In this document: positions 27,101 through 40,971 of the stretch, one piece after another
Numbering within the stretch: position 1 is the stretch's first letter
How the letters are laid out: each line of letters opens with the position of its first letter
DNA from: Raillietiella orientalis
Taxonomy: Eukaryota
Assembly: GCA_036172245.1 (NCBI GenBank)
Contig: JAYWIR010000006.1
Location: 4,588,001 to 4,652,000 of the forward strand
Reading direction: 5' to 3'
DNA: 64,000 nucleotides
Made by a program: the position numbers and the translations under genes
The notes under the pieces: model-generated
The model's input: only the letters and a program-made list of their open reading frames with translations
Database searches by the model: none
What the model was told of the DNA's origin: nothing

Positions 27101-28617
27101 CTCCACCGCACACTTCATGATTTATCACGTAATCTGCTTTGGTCATAGGCCGGATGATACAACTCTTGATTAAACAAGGGGGGAGGAGGGGGAGGGGGAA
27201 GAGAGAGAGAGGGGGGGGGGAAGCATCACCAGGAAACAAAGATACGCGCGCGCTCCCCCTCCTTATTTGCAGGGCGGCTCTGAAGAGTTCTCTGCTGTGC
27301 TTTCCGATGCACTTTTCGCTCGTCGTAATCGCTACTTTCTGCGTGAAAAATTTCGCCGTGCTTCGATGCCGGGGAGAGAAGAGAAGAGAGGGGGGGGGGG
27401 AGAAAAAAAGGCCCGCAATTTAACAAGAGATTCCGTGTGATTTCGGGAGATGGGAAATTCATTAGCACTGCTTTCTGGTTCCACGTGTGCATCGAACGAG
27501 ACGTGAATTTCAATTCCAGACTCTTGCCATGAGTCGAAAAAATAAAAAAAATAAAAAAGGACTCCCGGGTCAACTTATTTCCAGTGGGAAAAAACGCCTC
27601 TGCATCTCCCCGGAGGAAATGTGTGGCCACAGTCCCTCCTCCTCCGTGTTCGGGCTCTCCAGGTACAGAGTGACTCTGCACGAAGACCCACCCTGCAGTA
27701 GTGGATTTCGACGTGGACACAGAAACACTGCTAAAATCGCTAGTGTGTGTGTGTGTGTGTACAGTACATTCCTTCGACCAACCAACAGACTTTCTCTTTT
27801 TGCCACCGAGAGTGAGTGAGTGAGGAGGCAGTTGCCAGGGAACCGACTTAGTACGTCCCAGGAAATCGGGGAGAGGTGCGTCGGGTTGTCCGACACACTT
27901 CTTTTTTTTTTTTTTCTTCGACGTATGGCGGAAGAGGTGGTCGACCCACGGCGGTGTGGCGGCCACGCAACCGCAACGCCCAGTGTCAAAATGAATCCCC
28001 GCCCGATTTCGGGAATTCCGTCCTTCTGCCCATTCCGGAAAAGATGAACGTCAAAAGAGGAAAAACGCAACGGCCATCCCCGATGATCTGTTCCGTCTGT
28101 TCCGTTTTTTTACGTGCTGCACAGAAGACTGCGTGCGAGACGCCAAGGGGCGCGTGTCCTCCCCTACCTCTGGATCTCGGAAACACTTCTCTGACGTCCT
28201 CGGGACCGCATGCACTTTCCAACACGGCGACTATGCGTGCACCCGGTAGCCAAAAAAAACAAAGGGAGATGGGGTTCAAGAAATGCAGCACGGTTCAACC
28301 CCACTCCACTTTGGGGGCTTTCCACGGCCCTACGCCCGGGCAAACTCACCCACCGCGTCGTGGATGGAGCCGCAGAAACCTTCTGTTTCCTTCGCTGTCG
28401 CTCCCGCAGCGTTCAGTTTGCATATGTAATGCGAAAAGTGGCGAAAGGTTTCCGTGTGTTTCAGGGACTCCAACGGGGAAAGGGGAGGGAAAGAAAAAAA
28501 AAAAAATCCTCGAACCTCCAGGAAAAGGTGCTTTTAGCGGTGGACGAGTTGCGGACGAGAAAAAGCCTAGCGCAAGAAATTCTGCCCAACTTTCCTTTCC
28601 CTTTTCTTTTCTTTTCC

Positions 28618-28670
<53 letters not shown>

Positions 28671-31600
28671 AAAGAAAAGAAGAGAAAAGAAAAGAAAAAG
28701 CATTGGGTTTGAAGGGAACTGCCGTGACCTTACAGCAGCAACCTTTAAACAAAAGAAATCGTTTCTAATCTTTGAAAGATTCCGAGGTGCTTACCGCGAA
28801 CACTTCAGTGAGATATGGAAGCAAGGTTGCCAGGTTCAACACGACTCGGCTGGTTCGGCCAGACGGAGGAGCATCCGCTGCTCGTTCGCCATCACGGGGG
28901 AGGGGGGAAAAAAAATAAAAGAAACGAAAAACAAGAAACTCCGCAATGAATCTTCTCGAAGAAGAAGAGAGATCACTCGAAGAGGCGTTGCGCGAGAGCG
29001 AATTCTGAATTCGGTGCCGGCAAACGCCCTCCGAGTGGTCCTTCAGCGAAAGCACACTCACGGATGCAGGACAGAAGAATTTTCGATTTTAAAGGTCACC
29101 AACAGATAACACGTGTTCCTCGCTCAGGCAACGCGCTCCTGGATACGGTTCACGTGGTCTCGCCGTCGAGAGGACGCACAGTGTCGCAACACTTGTCACA
29201 ACCGCTATGGTCACGTTCGTTGGGACTGCCGCCTGGAGTCGAACTCGTACACGTCCCGGGGGGTCTCACCCCGAAAACTTCTAGGTCGCTCTAGGCTTCC
29301 ACCGATTTCGAAACCACATTCAGCAGCAAACTCGGGAACCACGGGAACTTTCATGTGTGTGTGTGTGTGTGTGTGTTTTCGTTTTTGATCACCAACACTA
29401 CATCTTTCCATGCGTAATGTCCGCAGAGGGCGCCGCCAGTGTCATGGCGACGAGCATGGCGCCCTCTCTGGGGCACGCGCTGTTTCTTCGCCTTCAGCAT
29501 TGCAGCCATGGAGGCAAATCGTAAGACAAGTGCTGTGCTGCGCTCTTTTTTATTTCGCTGGCTTGAATTCGGGAACATGTTTATGTCCATTCCTTTGACG
29601 AGCTATTCCTCGTCCCATCCCCCCCCCCCGGCATTTCATCTATCAAGCTGAATTCTTTTCGCTTTTCTGCGTGCATGAGCTCCCATTTTCCTTCCTCTTT
29701 TTTTTTTTTTTTCTTTTGGTCTCGAATCTTTGAACACCTTCGTCACTCGAAATATGGAAACGCAGAGGAAGACCAAGACGGCACTCGCAGGGATTCCGCA
29801 ACCACACAGCGGTGGTCGGATAATCGCGCCAAGCCCGCTTGCCACAACCACCACCGGAAAGCAAGCGCGTGATGGTGGTGGTGGTTGGTTCGGAAGGCAG
29901 CGTCTCCAGCAGCGGTGGGAGGACACGTACTTTTTCAAGGGCAGGGGGAGGGGAGGAAGAGAAAATTTTTAGAAAAAAGATGGAAAAAAAAAAAAAAAAA
30001 AGGACACACTTCAACGTGGTGGCCGAAGAGGCGCCCCTCCCTGCCTACCCGTGCTTTGCAGAGTCGGGAGCTTTCGGTCTCGGAAGCACTTTGAAGGCTT
30101 GTGTGCCCCCCCCCCCCTTCCGGCAAATTTACGATTTTCACCTCGTGCCCACCACAATCGCAATTCAAATCTTGCGTTCTGAGTCGTCCCACTTGGGAAA
30201 CCTCTCGTCGAGACCGGATGAGCACCGGTCTTCCAGGAAGTGAAATCGTAAGGGACTCGGGAAATCTCGAAGCTGCGACGGTCCGGACAGACGGACAAAA
30301 AAAAAAAAAAGGAAAAGAAAAAGCAAAGAAAGAAAGCGGATGTACTTTTGAAACGTGAATCATTTCGAGTTTCCATTTCGGGTTCTACCGAATCCCCGAT
30401 TCACTTTTTTGGTGGCCAAGGAGCCATCTAGCTGCACCAACATGTAGAGAAGCACACGAAAAAGGAAAAATGGGAAGCCCGGGGCTGGATGAGAGGTGCG
30501 TTCCGTCCCTTCACCACCACGCCCGTTCCCGACCGCTCCTCTTCCCCGGCTGCAACCCTGCCGTACTGATTACGGCTCCGCGGAAGGAACTGCCGAGTTT
30601 CCGGCAATGCCTCCGCTCCAATGCGTTTACACCTCACCGCCACCATCCTCCTCGATGTCCTCCTGAATGGGGAAAAGAACACGGGAGGAACACACAACCG
30701 CGAGGGGGGGGGAAGAGAGAGAGAGAGAGAGAGAGAGACGGAAATCCTTTCGAAATTCGTTAATTGCGTGTTCAATCGATTGCAGCAAAAATTTCGTGAC
30801 GGTTGGGGGGGGAGGCAGGGGGGGGAAAAAAAATAAAATAAAATTCATTCATGTTAACGGCGGAGACGCACGACCACACGCTGGAGCTTCAGAAAGACCG
30901 GCGAAAACGAGACACGTCTTGAGCGGGAGTACCGGCGGAGACGTTTTTCCAGCACCCGTGGATGCGGCACGCGAAGTGTCTTCGCGTGTGGAACGAACAC
31001 ACGAAACACAGGTCGGCTGCTTCGAGGAGCCGCGGCAGGCGCGACCCGATGCAAATTTTTCCCACTCTCGGAAGATGCAAGAAGCCCCCCGCAGGGCCAA
31101 CTCACGACTGCAAGAGTTCCCCTCCAGCGGACCTCTCACCCAAGAAGCCTCCTCCTCGGATGGGTTTTGCCGGAGACGCAGGAAAAGGCGCGCGAAACCG
31201 AGGAGGAGAACCAGCGCGGCGCCAGCAGTGCCGAGCGTGTCCAAGCGCCTCCTGCTTTCCCATGCGGATGCAGGAGGGGCAGTTTTGCGAAAGGGCCATC
31301 ATCTCACCTGCAGCAAGCAGCCCGCACGTGTTTTCGTGACGGGAGTGGACATGCCGACGCAAAGTGGAGCAGCATCCGAGTGGTCTCGTGCGTTTCCCCC
31401 GGGGCAGCTCGCAGGGGGGAGGAGGCGACGTTTTCCCCGGCGACGTTTCGCCGTGCCGAAAGCTTGGGACGTGCTGCTCCCTTCTGCTTCCCACCGACTT
31501 CGCTCCCTCCTCCCTTTTCGCTTCCATGCTCCCCCCCCCCGGAGAGACGCGGAAAGTTTTCGCGCGCTTTTCGGAGATGGGCGCGACTCGAAACGCGTGC

Positions 31601-32979
31601 AGGCGGGGGGCGCCCGGGGCAGTCCCGCGCGTCCTGGCCACTTAGCTGCAACCCTCACGGCCCACGGCCCGCAAATCCGGTCAAGCCTGTTGAACAAAGT
31701 GTGCCGTGCATTTCCGAAGCGTGCCGCGTCAGTCGTCCACACGTTTCAGCTAACCGTTGCTGCTGTTTTTTTTTTTTTTTGCTTTTTGTGCGTCCGTGTG
31801 ACGAAATGTCGGTGCTTTCGGACGCCTGGATGAAACTCCCTCGGAATAATTCGATCCGCGCCAAGCCGCCGGTTTCGAAAGCTCCTCCATTTTATGGTTT
31901 CCTCTCCCCGGCTATCTGCTTTACTACCTCTGGTCTTCAATTAAAGACTGTGAATCTGCCCGGAAACGTGCACGGGGTGAATTAATTGTTCGCTCCCATG
32001 CATCTCAAGGAGGAGAGGAGGAGGGGACTGGAAAGTCCTCGTCCGTCCCTCGCCGGGAACGTTTACGCGTTCGCGAATCTTTCCAGATCTTTCCACGTAT
32101 CCTTCCTTTCCGGGATCGGCACGCCACTCGGGAATCCGCAAGCCTTCTCCTTCCCGCAGGAAACGGGCGCAACCCGGTCGCCACCGAAGAAATGATCACT
32201 TCGGACGGATGTCTGAAGCGACGTACGCGGGAAGCTTTTTCCTTTCTTTTTCGCTTGAAAAAAAAAAAAAAATGCAACTTGCGTTGAAAAATGGCGCAAA
32301 CTGCGGATCGGCGCCTTTCGTTTGCGAACACGAGGCGGCGTCTGTCCCCTGAAACTGAGGAACGCCTCCCGCGGAGGAAGTGGACACAGTGGACCGCCGG
32401 TGTGACGACTGCCGCGTCCGTTCCGTCGGAAGAGGGCGCGCGCGAACCTTCTTCCAGCATCCGCCTCGGCCGCCGCCCCTCAGCCGGCGGTTCTCTCCGC
32501 AGCGCAGCCAACCAACCCTCTCGGGAGCGACTTCCTGCACGACGCCGGCAACGAGGCGAAGATGCAGGAGGAGAAGAAAACTCCGAGAGAGAGAGAGAGA
32601 GATCAGCAGCAGCAGCGCGTCTGCTGCATCCTTCTTCCTTGCGTCGGACTTGGGGTCTTCGAGCGCGGGCTGAGCGTGCCGACACCGTGACCCGCGCGCT
32701 TCCCGAGCGAAAGCGCTCCCTTACGTTGCAACACTTTCGGTTGATTCAGACACGAGGAGAAGGAAGGTGAATGATCTTTCGGGAACGATTTCCATTCCCG
32801 AAGCTTGCAGGATTGCTCCGTGACGTCTCGATCGAAAACAACCACGGCGTGGAAAAAAACACATACGAAGCCTCCGGGACGCTGATTACACACCTTTTGG
32901 GAGGGGAGGGGGGGAGCCGGGCAAGCTGCTTTCAATGGGATCATTTTTTGGGTCTCCCCAGTTGTGTCACAGAAAGCGC

Positions 32980-33017
<38 letters not shown>

Positions 33018-36000
33018 TGGAAGATATAAAATCGCGGTATTTGCGAAAGCAGTTATTGGTGGATCCGTCTGGCGGGAATTCGAGGGGGCAGACGACGAGA
33101 GGACGCATCTGATGCTGACGACTCCGATTCCAATAAGATCTGTTTAGCAGTTAATTACGAGGATCGGTTAGCGATGCCATCAACTCCAATTTCAGACTTT
33201 CCTTCAACAACAACACATCTTCAGCACATTTGGACGGTCACGTGTGCATTCGAATTCCGGGAAAAGTCACGCACTCTTTATTTTTTGTGTGTTTCGAAAA
33301 GCGCAACTCTTGGAATCATTTGGACTGCTCCCGCAGGCAAGAAAAAAAGAAAGAAAGTACAACAGCACTTCCCGGGTTCTCGGGAAACAAAAAGTACGAA
33401 CATCAGGATCGATGCAGTGGGACGAAAAGAGGCACAGGTGAGCCCGCGCACCGCCTGTCGAAGAGGGATGCTGTTTGTTCCTTGCAGAAAAAAGGAAAAA
33501 GAATTCTTCACCCTTCGAAGAAAGAGAGAGAGGGAGAGATCGAAAAGAAGCCCTCGATCCACGGGTAAACAGTTTCCCTTTCCACAGTGCCCTTGCTGGA
33601 GAACTCTGTAGGCGTGGGGAGCTTCGGGGGGGGGGGGGGGCACAAGAGGCGGCCTAAAAGAGAAGCGGAACCCACCACCACCACCACCACCACCACCTTC
33701 ATCCGCGCGCCGCATCCCCCAAAAGTCCCGAGGCCGGCGGTCCAGCCACCTGGCGGGGGTTGACACACGACTTCCAGGATTAATGATTTTCGGAATGAAT
33801 GACTGCGGTTTCATTTCGTCTGGCGAACGGTCCCGGGTTCCGGCGCGGATGGGGAGGGCGAGTCCCTCCGACCACCAAGACGCTCATACCTCAAGCTCCG
33901 AGGTGCGGTCGGTTTGCCACACAAAGAGCGTCGTTCTCTTCGTGGCTGCGCTCAGGAGGAGAACGAACTGCGGCTTTCACATTCTGCTGGGCTTTGCGCG
34001 TTTCTTCCGAAGAGGAGATTTTTGCGGACGGCACAGGAGAGAGTCCGCGAGGCAGGAAGAACACTTCCGCGTTCGATCTGCAGAGCTCGGGCACTGAAAT
34101 TCCCCGGGAACGGGCACTCCGGGATTCACGCCAGCCTCTCTCTCAGCTTCCCCGTTGCGTAGTCACTCGGTTCTTACTAAAGCCCCGCCAATTAAAAGGG
34201 GAAAAGGGAAAACCGAACGAAGGTCGCGAAACTCTTTCGAAAAAGAGGTGTTGGATCAGCTCGCAGAAGAGCAATTTTGCCTTTCACGTAGGACGTAATG
34301 ACGGAACGATTTACCTTGGTCTTGATTCCGATTTGTTTTTGTTTTTTTCTGTTTTTTTTTTGTGGTCAGAACTTGGATCTGTTTGATCGTGGAGAACTCT
34401 CCGGCAGTTTCCGAGCCGTGGTTTACCTTTGTGCGAATTTTCGCTTACTTTTCGGACACCGTTTGGCACACATCTGCTGCCCCGAACACGAGAGAATCTT
34501 TTTTGCCCAAACCGTTTCACGTCTGCAGTTACTGAACTGAGATAGCCGAAAGCACCTTTCCCTTTTGTTCTTATCTTTTGCACGATAATAAAGTCACGAC
34601 GACAGACCTGAGAACTCGAAACGAATTCTGAATTTGAAATTTCGGAAGAAAGCGTTCTTGTTGCACTTCCGCCACGGTTGCCAGCGCACGCACGCCGGTG
34701 GTGGAAGTCACCTGTTGTTAAACTTTGCTTCTGGGTGCACGGGAAAATTCATTTGCGGCGAAAAAAGGTCATTCGAAATAAACATTCGCGCTTTTTTTTT
34801 TTTTTTTTTTTTTTTCATTGAGTACAAAATGGATGCGGCACCGGCCGTTGAAGAAAGCAGGAAAAAAAAAAAAAAAAAATGTCTATGAGGAGACGTATCC
34901 GTTTTCCCTCTCAGATAACGTGAAGAGCGCAGCACTCAAGATGCTCGGTACTGAGATCGGAACGGGGAATGCGCAATACAAAGGTTACAAAATAAGAAGA
35001 GTATTGATTTTACTTTTACGTGATCCTTACTTGGGTGACGCACGGCTTCGAATTTCAACTTACTGTCTCGAGTTTCGAGAGCTAAAAAAAAAAATAAATA
35101 AATAAAATAAAATGAAAAGGAAGAAAAAAAAAAAAAAAAAAAGGAGAAGACGAAAAACAGGCAACGTTTACTCTGCCTCCGCTACTTGGTGGCTGCGTCA
35201 GCCCGCCGGGTCGCATTCCCAACACGTCCGTGACTCCGGGGATTCCAAACCTTCTGGACATCTCTTCCAACGTCACTCCCAGACGTTCGCAATTGCAATT
35301 TAACTTTCTTTCCGGTGGCTGATTGCAAACACACTCACTAAACGCTCTTATTCCCGTTCCTGTATTTTTTTTTTTGTGTGTGTTTTTCGATAAAGGCTTG
35401 CCCGAATCCGTTTCGGCGCTAATTACCGCTAATTCATCCCAAACAAAACAAACGGCTGCAAGACCGCAGCAAACACCAACACGCGTCGGGCGAGCCGCGC
35501 GCGCACACTTTTCCCGTGCAGGACACTTCTGAACATCGACAAGCCACGGAACGATTTTCCCTGGATCGAATATTATGTTTTTACAAATCAATATGCAATT
35601 TCACAAACATGCAATCGCATGCAATTACCTTGCTTACGCATGCGTGGGTTCAGTCTCATGATGTGTGCTTTAAACTGCCCTCAAAGGTGACTATCGGATT
35701 CTGGCATTGCAAATTGTGCACGCCATTTTGCAACATGGATGGAAATATTGCTCAAGGCTGGAAAATCGAATGGAGCAGGAAGCCCAAAGGCAGTCAGTCA
35801 GTCATGCGCGTGCTTTCCTTTGTAATGAATTTGCGAGCGGTTTCCAACGTCGGAGGTTTTCCGGGGGGTTCGCCTAAGAAACCGTTTGTAAACAGATGAG
35901 GGGGGGGGGGGAAGCGAGGACACTTTGGAAGAAGGGAAAAAAAAACGCGCTCCGGGAATCGGAAGTGACTCCGGGATGCGTTCGATGTGGTGTTCGATCT

Positions 36001-37134
36001 GCAAGGCAGCGAGCGCGCCTGACGCCGACGACGGCGCACACGTTGGGGGGGAGAAAAACCGGTGAGGAGGAGGTTCGGCTGAAGATTCGGCACAGCTTGA
36101 GGACGAGGGGGAGGGGGAAGGAAGAAAGAAGAAGAAGAAGAAGAAGAAGAAAAAAGCGCGTTCGAAACTCGAAATTTTCAGCTCGGCAAAAAGGCGCTGG
36201 GACACGAAGCACCCCCGAAGCTTTAGCCGCTGGGACACGTGTTTCCCCCCCCCCTCCTCCCCCCTTTTGTTTATTATTATTATTATTATTTTCTCTCGTA
36301 GCTGCCCCCCCCCCCCTCCCCCACGATGGCTCCTTTGCTCGCTACCACGATCCCACTACGAGTACGTTAATGAACCACCGCCGCTGCTCGGCGTTTGCTT
36401 ACACATGCACGCGCGCTCTCTCCTCACCGGTGCACCTGATAAGGCCCGGTCACATCCTCATTTTGTTTAATCAGGAGTACAACACGCAAGTTTGTGTGTA
36501 TATCTGTGTTTTCTCCTTCTTCCTCTCTTTTGCGCGTGGGTGTGTGGGTGTTTCACGAGTACGAACGGCAACTCTTAAATGGGGACTTGCTTTTTTTTTT
36601 TTTTTTTTTGAAGTCCCATTGCAGAGTTGCAGTTCGCTTTAGTGAAACACCCGAGAGTGGCGGCGGTATCCCATGTGACCATTTTTTTTTTCGTTTTTAA
36701 AGTCACACGGGAACGCCACCCTTCGCTTTCTACCAAAGCTTGTGAACCGCACGCAGTCGGTTCCTTGTTCGCGTGGACGAATGGTGGCCCACCGATGGAA
36801 GAGAAGGGAAAAAACTTGTGGGTGAGGTGTCTTTTTGCGCCATCTCGCACGTGTATTCTGTAAATAAAACCTATGGGAAAGACGTTAAGGGGAACCAGCC
36901 GAATATTTACTTTGCCTGTACGTTGCGACCCACGAGTGTCCACGACGGCGCGAAGCGAGCCAGGGTGCGCACAAGGAACGCATAAAAAAAATTCGGTACA
37001 AAAACAGAAGAAAAAAAACACACGACTCGAATGAGTGCGAGGCATCCCAACGTGTGAGCTGGCGTGCAAGAAGAGTGGCCAGCAAGAAGCCGCGAATCCG
37101 AACGGGGGACCAACGCCCTTAAATCCATGCCCGC

Positions 37135-37960
37135 GTCCGAGGCCGTGCGGTTACGGTGGTCTCTTCGTGTGTCACTCGGCGTTGCGAGTTCCAATGCACT
37201 CGGCAAGAATCGACGCAGAGAGTCTGTGCGCGTCGTGGGTTCGAGTCCGGGACCCGCGAGATAACGCTGTTCGGCCTACTTCCGGGGGCGGCGCGCCCAG
37301 TAGTGGTTCAAACTGCATGCCCCCGACGAGGTCCCGAACAATGGAAGTTGACCTCTGGGTCCCTTCCAGGAATCAAGGAGTGGGAGTTGACCTCCGGTTG
37401 TGCATAGGAGCGGACTCCCCTTTGGGGGGTACCCTCCGTAGAGTAGGTGTGCCGCCACATCTCTAGAGTTCCAGAGAAGCGTGCCGCGTTACCTGAATGG
37501 CTCTTCGGGGAGAGCGCCCTTCTGAATTTCGGAAGCGTCCCTTCGGGGTTCTCTTCAGAGGAGTAAACAGGAACGGTTCCCTTAGGAGAAGAAAACATGG
37601 AGCGGACCCCTTCGGGGGTCCCTCCGGAGAGAATTAAGAAGGGAAGGATTCTCTTCCGGGTTCCCGTCGGAGACAACCAGGGTTGGGAGGTTCCCTTCGG
37701 GGATGCCTCCCCAGGCTTGAGAGGCGATCCCCTCCCAGTATCTTGAAGAATTAGCACACATACCCTCGGGTGGGGTGGGGAACAGTCTTAAAGAGCTGCG
37801 TGGGACGATGGTTCTTGAAGCACTCAGCGAACTCCCCCCCCCCCTTCCCCAAAAGCTGAAAGCGAAGAAGGATTTCCATCGTTGCGAACGAGAGGAGTGC
37901 GTCGAGTTTCGTGGTGTATACAAAACACCCCTTCAAGCTGGAAACGCCTGGCAGCGTGGT
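37135..37960 (+). mobile_element. tRNA-headed SINE-like composite repeat (A-box-like start, two B-box-like motifs, full body, short LINE-end remnant)
   Basis: GGCCGTGCGGTTACGG (A-box-like), GAGTTCCAATG (37186, degenerate) and GTCGTGGGTTCGAGTCC (B-box ~37237). The body matches 880-1260 and 14370-14700(-). GGAAACGCCTGGCAGCGT at ~37940 is identical to the LINE-end sequence at ~13666-13683(-). Confidence 0.65.
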
Positions 37961-40216
37961 GGTCGGATTCGCTCGTGGCGTACGAGAACCACCGCCGGAA
38001 GCGGCGCTTGGCTGGAACCGGAGTCTTCCGATTCGTACAAGACGGTACGCAACGTACAACAGGTGAGGTCCACTTCGTTTCGGCATCACGGGAGAGTCGC
38101 ACACCAAAAAACGTTGCTAGACAACGAACTGGGAGAACAGCTCCTCATCCCCCCGAGCGGGACATTTTTAGTACACGTGGTTTGATGGCAGCAGTAAGCA
38201 ATGCCACTAGGAGATTAGGTAAAGCAGCTACCTGAATGGCTTTACACCCGAATTTAAGGAGGGAAATCATGGCCAAAGGTGAAGCAATAAAGCAATTAAA
38301 AGCCGGCGGTTGGCTGATGAGGGAAGCCATCAAATGCTTCTTCCTACTGCGAGCGGAACCAACTGTTCAAGCCGGCGCAAGCTGTTCCGTTTTTTGGTTC
38401 TTGGTCTCTCAAGTGACAGCACTTTGCCGTCATGGGGAGGCAACACAGTCTCAGCCCGTGGGCACGAAGAGGCCATGGGGCCTCTTCGTGCGCATCGCCT
38501 GCGGAAGTCGGGAAATTCCTGGGCCATCGTGTGCTGTCACCTCTTCGTGGGGTACCCGCAAATCGTGGGTGCACAGAGGGGACGCGGTACGAAGCCCTCT
38601 TGGGAGCACGCCGTGACCGAGGCGTCTGCGTGCCTCGGGAGGAAATCGTGAGCTCCGATGCGACGCGTGCGGCCATCGTGCTGGATGGGAGGGATCGCGG
38701 CCCCTTCGTGGACACCGGTGGATGGGGAGGAGGTGCCTCCGACGGAAAAACACACGCCTTTGCTGCGTTTCGCACCGCCGGCCACCGAGGATCGCAAGCG
38801 TGTTTGTCAAAATGGACATCGACCACGCCGCCGTTCGTTTGGGTCCATCCTTCCGCCACCCGGCCGGAGGCTCTTCGACCACAAAAGAGGCTGCTCTTCG
38901 TTAAAAGGAGACGCCTTTGGCTTCGCTGCTTTGCCCCATCGAAGACACCGAACTGCCGCATGGGATTCAGACGGGACTTCTTCATCTTCGTCTGATTTCT
39001 CCACCTCGGAGACATCGGGTGCTTCGCGCGTCAGGCGTTGGTGCCGTGAAAACGAGCTGTCTTGCGGTTCTTCTTCGGGGTAGCCTCGGCATGACGCTTC
39101 CCCCTCAACGTCCAACACTCTCCCTCGCAGCTTCTTGAGCTACCGTAACGCTCCTACTGATGTTGCTTGCTGCTGCTACCAAACCGCGGGTTGTACGAAA
39201 AACTCTGGTTTGTGGGGAAACTGTTCTGTACTCCCAGATGGTTGTCTGGCAACGTCTGATGCGCAACTCGTTTCGCCGAAACGTAGTGAACCTCACTCGT
39301 TGTACACTGCGCACCGTCTGTACGATCGGGCCGCTCATGCTTTCTCGTATGAGACTGCCGCGCTCGAACTTCAGCAGCAACTTTGGCGCATTTTCTTTTT
39401 TTCGGAACCTGCGGACGCGTGCGCCTCATCTGTCGGTCGCCCACCTTCGTGCCGGCGCCCGAAGTTGGCCGAGCAACGGGCGGCATTTTCGGGGGACAGT
39501 GCACTTACAGTCCCTATTCAGCGAGCATTCATTAAAGATTTACGTGCGCAACGACAGCAATTAAGCAATTTCGGGTTGTATAATAATGCGAGCTCAGGGA
39601 ACACCAAGACGTTTACGATCCGAAATCACCCAGGAGGAGACCCCATGTTTTTCCCCGTGGGTCCACAGCCTGCGTTCAGGATCTTAGAGGGAAACCCCGG
39701 GACCCCACGTCCGGGAACGCTCTGCCATTCAGTTCTGTTCGCGGGAACCTGGCCGGGAGAATTCCTGCGTTTCGGCAGTCGGACGGCAACACTGCCCATT
39801 GGCTCGTCGTTGCACCCTTCCGTTTCACCCCGAATGGCACACCGGCAGCGCGCTGCTGCTGCTCCGTTCTTCTGCCCTGGTCGAGCCGAGGCACTGGCGA
39901 GTTTGCGCACGCCCAGCCCTCTAATCGGAAGTTGACTTTTGCGATGCGCAAACAGAGAGATGTCCCGTCCGTTCGCATTGGGGAGGGGGCTGCGAAAGAG
40001 AGACAGCCATAACGATATTCCCGCCGGGAAGGAGGAACGGTTTCCGCTGACTTTTACGCCCACGGGCGACGCGTTGTTTTGCGCGCGCGCTTTCCAGCAA
40101 ATTCTGAGGATCCTTCACGGCTCTGCACCGCTGATCGACGGAGCGCCATCAACTGGACTGTCGCCGCTCCGGGGCGTTTATTTCATGAAAAAGATAAACA
40201 TTCGTAATCTCTGTGG

Positions 40217-40971
40217 TTGGACCGGTGGTTCAATTACGTCCATTTCAACGGGAGCTTGCCGGGTTGCCCCGGTACGCAGACCGGTGAGGTTCTCCACGGC
40301 AGCAGAGGGGAGGGGGCAAACAAAAAGAAAATAAACTTGGAAGGGTGCGGGAAGGGATCACTGTCGATTGGGGGCGATCCACTGCATCCTGTCGAGGATG
40401 TCGACGAGCTCTTGCTGCATGCTGCTCTTCAGGTGGGGCCATCTTGTCGCCATCCATCCTCGGGAAGCGGACGGTAAAGTGGATGGCGGCATACCTGTTG
40501 CTATGCCCCCCCCCCCCTCTTGCGTCGCCCCAGATCGCTACAATCCCACATAGGGCTGTTCCTACGCTTGGGCTGCAGGCCAAAGAGAGGCGCGAACGAA
40601 GAGAGGTTTCAGAGCGTCCCTGGAGTTGCCGCCGGCGGTTCCTAGGGTCGCCGCAAAGCGTTTCCAGAGGGGACGGAGGGCAACACAGTCCACTAGCAGG
40701 TGCGGGACGGATTCCCGCTCCCCGCACCTGGCACAGTGCGGGGGGTTCACACACCCCCGTGTCCAGTGATGCACGGCAGACTCCAGTGCGCCAGCAGCAG
40801 CGTCGACTCCTGCCACTTTAAGGGGAGGGCGTAGGTGTCAAAGAGCACTGGGGGCCACCGCAGATCTTCCCCGAAATACCCAGGATCTGGCCCCGGCGCG
40901 AGATGGGGCACTCGGCGTCGCAGCACATCCGCGAGCTGACCCGTCGTCCACTCACCGTTCCTCTTCTCCTA
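40217..40971 (-). mobile_element. LINE 3'-end copy (zf-RVT-like region + structured tail); near-identical inverted copy of 61946-62706
   Basis: ORF 40562-40816(-) gives the identical 84-aa translation to 62101-62355(+) (HWTRGCVNPPHCARCGERESVPHLLVDCVALRPLW). The flanking DNA also aligns with only a few differences. Confidence 0.9.

Noticed and set aside
28785..28900. Candidate Fas2 signal-peptide exon (strong minus-strand donor GCG|GTAAGC near 28794)
   Set aside because: The frame from the nearby ATGs hits a stop before the donor, and the open frame has the wrong phase for the acceptor at 23455.
30667..31985. Long ORFs (388 aa, 272 aa) and the many 200-330 aa ORFs at 43-47 kb and 52-59 kb
   Set aside because: Arg/Gly/Pro/Ala-rich, overlapping on both strands, crossing microsatellites and homopolymers, with no domain motifs. 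This is expected in GC-rich non-coding DNA.
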